Positions 1-6,007 of a stretch of 6,007 bases of DNA are shown one piece after another. Source of the stretch: Octopus sinensis. Taxonomy: Eukaryota. Under the pieces are notes generated by a model. That model was not told the origin of the DNA and did no database searches. It saw only the letters and a program-made list of their open reading frames with translations. Made by a program: the position numbers and the translations under genes. Location of the stretch: NCBI RefSeq assembly GCF_006345805.1, contig NW_021829564.1:1-6007 (forward strand), given 5' to 3'. Within the stretch, counting starts at the first letter, position 1. Every line of letters starts with the position of its first letter.

Positions 1-1
1 T

Positions 2-15
2 GAGAGAGAGAGAGA
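2..15. repeat. (GA)n microsatellite at the window edge
   Basis: gagagagagagaga read directly. Confidence 0.9.
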
Positions 16-190
16 CAAACAGAGAGTCGTACCAATTATTAAGAATATGTGTTCACATTAATGATAAAGGGGGTCACGGGGCGCCTGGAATATATGTTAA
101 GGTATGTAGAAAAATACAACATGGACAAGAACGTATAACTCATAGAAGACGATACAATAAACATGGACAGGACATTCGAACCCCTCAGTC

Positions 191-215
191 ATATATATAT
201 ATATATATATATATA
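191..215. repeat. (AT)n microsatellite
   Basis: Perfect AT dinucleotide run of 25 bp. Confidence 0.95.
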
Positions 216-351
216 CCGTTTTGGGATTTATATATGCATATACAAAATAACTGGTACTTGTTCTATCAATCTCCTTGTCGAACCACTAAATTACGTGAAT
301 GTAAACACTCCAACACCGGTTATCAAGCGGTGATAGGGGGACAAACACAAA

Positions 352-352
<1 letters not shown>

Positions 353-394
<42 letters not shown>

Positions 395-401
395 ACACAC
401 A
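353..401. repeat. (AC)n microsatellite inside SINE A copy 1
   Basis: AC run with one AT interruption, at the same position as the internal repeat of copy 2. Confidence 0.95.
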
Positions 402-514
402 TAGGCTCACATATACGACGAGCATCTTTTAGTTTCCGTCAACCAAATCCACCCACAAGTCTTTGATCAGCCCGTAGCTATAGTAGAAGATACCGGTTCA
501 TGGTGTCATGCAGT

Positions 515-568
515 GGGACTGAACCTGGAACCATGAGGTTGGGAAGCAGGCTTCTTACCATACATCCA
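515..568 (-). promoter_or_regulatory. Pol III internal promoter boxes of SINE A copy 1 (A box 558-568, B box 515-525)
   Basis: Minus strand TGGATGTATGG resembles the A box TRGCNNARYGG, and GGTTCAGTCCC resembles the B box GGTTCRANNCC. Spacing is tRNA-like. Activity is unknown. Confidence 0.65.
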
Positions 569-590
569 CGCCTGCATCTATATATATAGA

Positions 591-764
591 CCATGTTGGT
601 AGAGCACCGCCTTTAGTTGAGCAAATCGCCCCCCAGATCTTATTCTTTGCAAGCCTAGTACTTATTTTATCGGTCTCTTTTGCCGCTAAGTTACGGCAAC
701 GTAAACACACCAGCATCGGTTGTCAAGCGATGTTGGGGGTACAAACATATACACACAAACATAT

Positions 765-807
<43 letters not shown>

Positions 808-958
808 TACAACGAGCTTCTTTCAGTTTCCGTCTACCAAATCCACTCATAAGGCTTTGGTTGGCCCGAGGCTAGAGTAGAAGACACTTTTCCAAGGTTC
901 CACGCAGTGGGACTGAACCCGTAAGCATGTGGTTGGTAAGCAAGCTACTTACCACACA
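591..958 (-). mobile_element. tRNA-derived SINE, family A copy 2 (5' end merges into a microsatellite)
   Basis: Minus strand TGTGTGGTAAGTAGCTTGCTTACCAACCAC...GGTTCAGTCCC (B box 909-919), then GAACCTTGGAAAAGTGTCTTC, which resembles the CORE-SINE motif CCTTGGGCAAGT (tentative). An internal TA/TG repeat follows, then CGATAAAATAAGTACTAG...AAAGGCGGTGCTC. Confidence 0.9.
745..810. repeat. Compound (CA)/(TA)n microsatellite inside SINE A copy 2
   Basis: Read directly. Confidence 0.9.
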
Positions 959-979
959 CACACATACATACATACAACA

Positions 980-1015
<36 letters not shown>

Positions 1016-1016
1016 T

Positions 1017-1060
<44 letters not shown>

Positions 1061-1098
1061 CATACATACATAATATGTGTGTGTGTGTATGTGTGTAT
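953..1098. repeat. Compound microsatellite (CA)n-(CATA)n-(TA)n-(TG)n
   Basis: Read directly. Confidence 0.95.
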
Positions 1099-1434
1099 AA
1101 AGTCTTTTGTTGATCAAGAAGAAATCTAAAGAAATTGTGTGTTGTACAGTGTAACAAAAACAAATGGTTTTCTATGAAACCAGAGACAAGAGAACATCAG
1201 ATGTTAATATGAAAATGATTGAGTGAAATAAAAAGTGAGGGTGAAAAATATGCTTTTAAGTAACAGCTAGAAACTGATGGAGACTTGTAAAACAGAATAA
1301 TTCATAACTGAAGAAGAAAAACGAGGGAAATGTTGCCTAAAATATGTTAGATGGCTTCAATATTTAAAATACAATGTAAAACAATAATGAAAAAAAGAAT
1401 AGTTTTTGTTCTTTTTCTTTTTGTGTTTGTTAGA

Positions 1435-1583
1435 TTGGTAGAATCACTTGAGCGTCAGACACATGGCTTTACTGTTATTTAGTTATAGTTCTTTGCATTG
1501 TGAGTTCGGAACCCATGAAAGTCAGCTTGGCATTTCATCTTGCTGAAGTTGGTCAAGTAAAGTACAAGTTGAGTATTAGGGTT
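1435..1583 (+). mobile_element. Highly diverged family B SINE
   Basis: tggtagaatc...tgagttcggaaccc...gtcagcttggcatttcatct...aagtacaagttgagtattagggtt is colinear with the younger copies (tggcaga...tgagttcaaattcc...gtcgactttgcctttcatcc...aagtaccagtt...ctggggtc). Confidence 0.7.
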
Positions 1584-1806
1584 ATTTTAATCTCTTCATT
1601 TTCCTAATTTATGATCTTGTGTCAATGTTAGAAACTATTATATTTTTATTTCTTATTTAAAAAAAAAAAAAATAATTTTATCTTGTTTTATTTATTTTTG
1701 TCTGCGGCATAGAAGTCAAATAGCGTTACGAATTGTCTGTCGAAAACTCCTTAGCTACAACTAGATTGTTACCAGCACTTTGGGAGAGTCAGTCAGTTAT
1801 CTTTTT

Positions 1807-1877
1807 GCGAAATGCTTAGCGGTATTTCGGGCGAAATGCTTAGCGGTATTTCGGGCGAAATGCTTAGCGGTATTTCG
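1807..1877 (+). repeat. 24-bp tandem repeat GCGAAATGCTTAGCGGTATTTCGG, 2 full copies plus 23 of 24 bases
   Basis: Units at 1807-1830, 1831-1854 and 1855-1877. Each contains the inverted repeat CGAAAT...ATTTCG. Confidence 0.97.
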
Positions 1878-2052
1878 TCTGCCGCTACGTTCTGAGTTCA
1901 AATTCTGCCGAGGTCGACTTTGCCTTTCATCTTTCGGGATCGATTAAATAAGTACCAGTTACGCACTGGGGTCGATATAATCGACTTAATCCGTTTGTCT
2001 GTCCTTGTTTGTCCTCTCTGTGTTTAGCCCCTTGTGGGTAGTAAAGAAATAG
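1807..2052 (+). mobile_element. Family B SINE, unit 1 of a tandem trimer (A box missing, hairpin triplicated)
   Basis: B box GAGTTCAAATT, core GTCGACTTTGCCTTTCATC...AAGTACCAG...CTGGGGTCGA and tail ...AGCCCCTTGTGGGTAGTAAAGAAATAG. It is near-identical to 2714-2904 and 2905-3086. The core resembles Meta/MESC-type SINE central domains (tentative, from memory). Confidence 0.9.
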
Positions 2053-2068
2053 TTAGTTAGTTAGTTAA
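2050..2068 (-). repeat. (CTAA)n 3' tail of the LINE
   Basis: Plus strand tagttagttagttagttaa, directly after the LINE 3'UTR in element orientation. Confidence 0.85.
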
Positions 2069-2135
2069 TTTTTTGGCTCAAAAAGCAAAAAGCAAGGCCA
2101 TGTAGGGGGACATGGAGTTATGTACAGGGTGGTGT

Positions 2136-2709
2136 TCATGTAAAGAGTTTAGGCCACTTGTGGTCAAGGGAGACTTTGAACCGAGCGGTCGTCGGCATCT
2201 TCACTATCTCGTCCGGCAGCTTATTCCACGGATCCGCAACCCGGACGGAGAAAGCCCCTCTCCTTCGATTGAGATGAAATCGTCGCAGATAGAGATTTTC
2301 GGAGTGACCCCGCAGCCGACGCTCTGGAGCAGGAGTGAAGAACAGCTCTTTCGAGAGGTTACACTTTCCGCTTATGATGTTGTGAGCAAGAATGAGATCA
2401 CCACGGCGTTCGTCGTTTTTCTAGAGAATAAAGGTCGAGCGTCTTCAGTCTTTCTTCATAAAACAAATGCTTGAGACCAAGAACCATGTGGGTAGCCAGC
2501 TTCTGGACTCTTTCGAGATGCTGTATACCTTTGAGGAGATAAGGAGAAGAGGCTTGAATCCCGTACTCCAATATGGGTCTCACCAGCGTGACATAGAGCG
2601 GTAGGAATATGGCTGCTGTGAGCATTCCGATTGACCGTCGAATCAAAAACATAACTCTGCGTGCTTTGTTGGCAGCATGGACGCACTGGGTCGAAGGCGA
2701 GAAGGAAGA
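2136..2709 (-). pseudogene. Frameshifted remnant of LINE ORF2 (region C-terminal to the reverse transcriptase core), 190 aa
   Basis: 2709-2410 encodes SSFSPSTQCVHAANKARRVMFLIRRS...LYVTLVRPILEY...LERVQK...YEERL...SLEKRR. After one extra base at 2409/2410, 2408-2136 encodes RRGDLILAHNII...LRGHSENL...FSVRVADPWNKLPDEIV...FKVSLDHKWPKLFT*. These match the CR1 ORF2 motifs LYxxLVRPxLEY, LERVQ, YEERL, RGDL, RGH, FSxRVxxxWNxLP and FKxxLD. Confidence 0.92.
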
Positions 2710-2713
2710 TTAG

Positions 2714-2904
2714 GTATTTCGTCTGCCGCTACGTTCTAAGTTCAAATTCCGCCGAGGTCGACTTTTCTTTTCATCTTTTCGGGGTCGATAAATTAAATAC
2801 CAGTTACGCAATGGGGTCGATGTAATCGACTTAATCACTTTGTCTGTCCTTGTTTGTCCTCTCTGTGTTTAGCCCCGTGGGGGGCAATAAAGAAATAGAA
2901 ATAG
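2714..2904 (+). mobile_element. Family B SINE, unit 2 of the tandem trimer
   Basis: Starts at GTATTTCGTCTGCCGCTACG and ends AAAGAAATAG-AAATAG. Confidence 0.9.
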
Positions 2905-3086
2905 GTATTTCGAATGCCGTTACGTTGTGAGTTCAAATTCTGCCGAGGTCGACTTTGCCTTCCATCCTTTCGGGGTCGATAAATTAAGTACCAGTTACGC
3001 ACTGGGGTCGATGTAATTGACTTAATCACTTTGTCCTTGTTTGTCCCCTCTATGTTTAGCCCCTTGTGGGCAATAAAGAATTAAGA
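2905..3086 (+). mobile_element. Family B SINE, unit 3 of the tandem trimer
   Basis: Starts at GTATTTCG immediately after the unit 2 tail and ends GGGCAATAAAGAATTAAGA. Confidence 0.9.
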
Positions 3087-3447
3087 GTGGGAGATAATAC
3101 TATCATTACAATTTCTAGTAGCTGTGAAGCAACAAAGGACCTCTAAAAACCGGATTAGCACAGATTGCCCTCCTCACATAGAATATAAAGTCTCTCCTAC
3201 TTTTGTCTCCACCCAACCTGTTAAAAATGGTGGTTGTATAAGTGTAAGTGGAGTTGAATTGACTATCAAGGAAGGTCACATGGTTAAACATGGTTAACTC
3301 AGCCCGCATACATACTTTGTGGTAGCAACGAAAAACTAAGATTTTCTGGATGCAGTTACATCAACTCCGAAACAGTAGAATAGCGTCTTCCAGGGCCTGG
3401 ATTGTAAGACGGTGGCCATAATACGGAATAGCGTAGCCTTCATAAAA

Positions 3448-3637
3448 GGCGGCGTGCTGACAGAAACGTTAGCACGCCGGGTGCCTTTACGTTCTGAGTT
3501 CAAATTCCGCTGAGGTCGACTTTGTCTTTCATCCTTCCGGGGTCGATAAATTAAGTACCAGTTGCGTAATGGGATCGATCTAATCGTCTTGCCCCCTCTC
3601 CAAAAATTCCGGGTCAGGTACCTAGAGCAAAAAAAAA
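3448..3637 (+). mobile_element. Family B SINE with intact 5' head, 24-bp hairpin deleted, alternative 3' tail
   Basis: GGCGGCGTGCTGACAGAAACGTTAGC (A-box-like, 3458-3472), B box AGTTCAAATTC (3497-3507), family core, tail GCCCCCTCTCCAAAAATTCCGGG...CCTAGAGC and then an A-run. Confidence 0.9.
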
Positions 3638-3768
3638 CCTTCATACCAGTGGCCTATCATACTGTGATTGTAACCGGTGTGCTAAACTTTTTCAGGCATC
3701 TAGAGACACTTTAGGAACATCCGGCATATAAATATCAGTAGGCGTCTTGAAATATCATTTTAGCTTTG

Positions 3769-3945
3769 CGTTGAACATGGGATAAAATGCTTTGAGGCAT
3801 TTCTTCCGGTTCTTTACCTTTTGACCTTTGTCTTACATTCCTTTAAGGTCGATAAAATAAAGCATCTACTTAATTAATTCATGGGGCGATCTCATCAACA
3901 AACACCTCCTCTCAAAGCCTTTGGTCGTGAACCTAAATTTGAAAT
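3769..3945 (+). mobile_element. Diverged family B SINE with B-box deletion
   Basis: aaaatgctttgaggcatttc (decayed hairpin)...tctttaccttttga|cctttgtcttacattcc...ggtcgataaaataaag...ggggcgat...cctaaatttgaaa. Confidence 0.7.
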
Positions 3946-4130
3946 GATCACCATTATTCCCAGAATGCAAGAAAAATATTAAAAAATTTTTGTAACATTC
4001 ATAATATACAACATAATTGTAGGAACAACATGCATTAGAAGAGGTGGGTGCACAAAGAAACAATTGCAGTTGTAGCAATAATAGTATAACAGGTAAATGA
4101 AAAATGGATAGACTCATAGACAGGTAGATA

Positions 4131-4151
4131 CACACACAAAGATACATATAT

Positions 4152-4198
<47 letters not shown>

Positions 4199-4210
4199 TA
4201 CACACACACA
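4131..4210. repeat. (CA)n microsatellite (perfect core 4153-4196)
   Basis: Read directly. Confidence 0.95.
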
Positions 4211-4318
4211 TATTCATAAATACGCACATAAGCAGAGAGGCATGTTAGCAGATAGATGCATGCATATGTGTAAGTGTATATGTGTATATATGTGCGCGCG
4301 AGTGTGCATGCATGTGAA

Positions 4319-4345
4319 AGAGAGAGAGAGAGAGAGAGAGAGAGA
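4319..4345. repeat. (AG)n microsatellite
   Basis: Read directly. Confidence 0.95.
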
Positions 4346-4351
4346 ATGTAG

Positions 4352-4400
4352 TATATATATATATAATATATATATATATATTATATATAATATATATATA
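4352..4400. repeat. Imperfect (TA)n microsatellite
   Basis: Read directly. Confidence 0.9.
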
Positions 4401-4486
4401 AACATATATGTATACTAACACACATATATTGACAGATAGGAGAGAGTGAGAGCGAGCAGGAGAGAGAGAGAAATAAATGCATAGGC

Positions 4487-4565
<79 letters not shown>
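4487..4565. repeat. (AGAT)n tetranucleotide repeat, about 19.75 perfect units
   Basis: Uninterrupted 79-bp run. Confidence 0.97.
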
Positions 4566-5418
4566 CAAGTGGAGATAAAGGGAGAGAGGTAGAGAGAGGG
4601 AGATAGGGAGATTATTTTCTTGTCTACGTATTGTCTCAGGCTATATAATCAATGGAGCTCTTTTAGAGCATTTAATCTTTCTCCGAGCGTCTGTCATAAT
4701 GTTTAAGGAAGAAGAGATTCGTGTGTAATGTTCTGCTCGCTTCAGGCATCGTTTCAAAATGGCGTCTACAATACGGTGTGTCTATGGTTATAATGTCATT
4801 AATAAAATTTCTACTTCCTTGTACTATCTGAGCCATTTGACATTCCAGCGATTTCTGTCACATATAAAAGTTTGTATAAAAATATAATATAAACATATCA
4901 TTCATTGTTAAAAGGCTTTTTCAATATCTTATTCTTAAGCAAACAAGCTGAACTCATTAAATTTTAAAGAAATCGTTGTCAGAGAAATACAAGCTTCAAA
5001 CGCCTATCATTTATCATGATGAACACTGTGTTCTCAACAAACTAATAACTTTTCCAATATTTGCACATATGCACATAAGCACACATTAAAACAACAGAAA
5101 ATAAAACATGAAAACGAATGTTATAAAACGTACACACAAATATATTCATAAATACAAATCGCTTTCAAATTCATACAAATTAATACACAAATGCCAACAA
5201 ATATGCGAGCAAATTTCTTTTTGGGACAGACGAAAACAGAAAGAAAAGAACTGTAACTTTGTATGCTCATAGATATGAAAAGTCTGAAAACATCTGGATC
5301 TTACACCGGTCATGAGAGTGAATACTGCGAATAATGTAGTGTAAAAAATATGAAATAGTGTATCTGCTTCGAAATAAGCAAAAACAACAACAACAACACT
5401 AATTACAACATAAACGAT

Positions 5419-5563
5419 GATTTCAAATTTTGGCACAAGGCTAGCAATTTCGGAGAGAAAAGGCTGTGTCGATTGCATCGACTTTAGTACTCGACTGGTG
5501 CTTGTTTTATCGACATCGAAAGGATGGAAGGCAAGGCTAAAGACTCTGCCAGCTCGCTGCCTT
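5419..5563 (-). mobile_element. Family B SINE with an internal deletion of about 70 nt
   Basis: Minus strand AAGGCAGCGAGCTGGCAGAGTCTTTAGC|CTTGCCTTCCATCCTTTCGATGTCGATAAAACAAGCACCAG...GCCTTGTGCCAAAATTTGAAATC. Confidence 0.85.
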
Positions 5564-5564
5564 A

Positions 5565-5935
<371 letters not shown>

Positions 5936-5940
5936 AAAAA

Positions 5941-6007
5941 GGCCGAAATTTTATAGGAGGAGAAGTGTCGATACATCTACTTAATTTATCGACTCCGAAA
6001 GGATGAA
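5941..6007 (-). mobile_element. 3' part of a family B SINE (continues beyond the window)
   Basis: Minus strand TTCATCCTTTCGGAGTCGATAAATTAAGTA|GATGTATCGAC...AAAATTTCGGCC. Bases 5978-6007 match the reverse complement of 2961-2990 at 28 of 30 positions. Confidence 0.85.

Larger units (their letters stand above)
251..575 (-). mobile_element. tRNA-derived SINE, family A copy 1 (octopus-type; 3'-truncated, diverged)
   Basis: Minus strand begins GCAGGCGTGGATGTATGGTAAGAAGC...GGTTCAGTCCCACTGC (Pol III A/B-box head), then ...GGATTTGGTTGACGGAAACT..., an internal (TG)n and GATAGAACAAGTACCAG. It aligns by eye over its full length with copy 2 at 591-958. Family naming (octopus OK/OR-type SINEs) is recalled, not verified. 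Confidence 0.88.
2050..2710 (-). mobile_element. 5'-truncated CR1-clade (CR1/L2-group) LINE with 3'UTR and (CTAA)n tail
   Basis: ORF2 C-terminal motifs (see next feature), stop at 2138-2136, about 67 nt of 3'UTR, then TAACTAACTAACTAAC. Short tandem-repeat tails are typical of CR1/L2 LINEs. TAG flanks both ends (2050-2052 and 2711-2713). Confidence 0.92.

Noticed and set aside
140-190. Possible hammerhead ribozyme (minus-strand CTGAGGGGTTCGAAT)
   Set aside because: It lacks the invariant CUGANGA and GAAA core. No hammerhead core was found in the SINE trimer units either.
680-1163. ORFs 680..880 (+) and 945..1163 (-)
   Set aside because: They are translations of an antisense SINE and of microsatellites (HIHI/YIYI/VCVC runs).
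1807-1877. CRISPR-like palindromic 24-bp direct repeats
   Set aside because: There are no spacers and no cas genes, the context is eukaryotic, and the unit is part of the SINE head.
2050-2068. Telomere-like (TTAG)n
   Set aside because: It is not TTAGGG or TTAGG, has only about four units, and is explained as the LINE tail.
2069-2135. LINE 3'UTR as the source of a SINE tail in this window
   Set aside because: Only a few bases (CCCCCT...GGCCTTG) are loosely shared, which is insufficient to call this LINE the partner.
2112-2686. ORFs 2112..2474 (+) and 2456..2686 (-)
   Set aside because: They are antisense or alternative-frame shadows of the LINE ORF2 remnant, with no recognisable motifs.
3448-3512. 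Possible tRNA gene (A and B boxes present)
   Set aside because: It does not form a cloverleaf and continues into the SINE core and tail shared with other copies.
2835-3644. ORFs 2835..3029 (-) and 3336..3644 (-) sharing the peptide RNWYLIYRPRKD
   Set aside because: The shared peptide is simply the antisense translation of the family B SINE core, not a paralogous protein domain.
3866-4568. Four minus-strand ORFs with CVCV, YIYI, SLSL and YLSI runs
   Set aside because: They start in or run through (CA)n, (TA)n, (AG)n and (AGAT)n repeats.
4614-4730. Acceptor-like TTGTCTCAG|G at 4631-4640 followed by a short open frame
   Set aside because: All frames close within 30 codons and no convincing donor site follows.
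5146-5478. 110-aa hydrophobic minus-strand ORF
   Set aside because: It starts inside a SINE tail, its Val run comes from a (CAA)n repeat, and the remainder is AT-rich with no recognisable domain.

Overview
Eukaryotic, AT-rich, repeat-saturated non-coding (intronic or intergenic) DNA, most likely from an octopus. The taxon is inferred from recalled tRNA-derived SINE families and the microsatellite density, not from a database search. No host protein-coding gene can be supported. The window holds two minus-strand copies of a tRNA-derived SINE with an internal microsatellite (here 'family A'), eight copies or fragments of a second, hairpin-rich tRNA-derived SINE ('family B'), and microsatellites covering roughly one sixth of the bases. 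It also holds one 5'-truncated CR1-clade LINE (about 660 bp, minus strand) with ORF2 C-terminus, 3'UTR and (CTAA)n tail. The most informative structure is 1807-3086: a head-to-tail SINE trimer whose units restart at the 3' arm of a 24-bp hairpin, with the LINE inserted exactly at one junction and a 3-bp TAG duplication. The same hairpin is triplicated in one copy and cleanly deleted in another. I see retroelement-mechanism curiosities but no clear evidence of a novel gene system. Apart from the LINE ORF and one unresolved ORF at 3115-3309, the supplied ORFs are artefacts of repeats.
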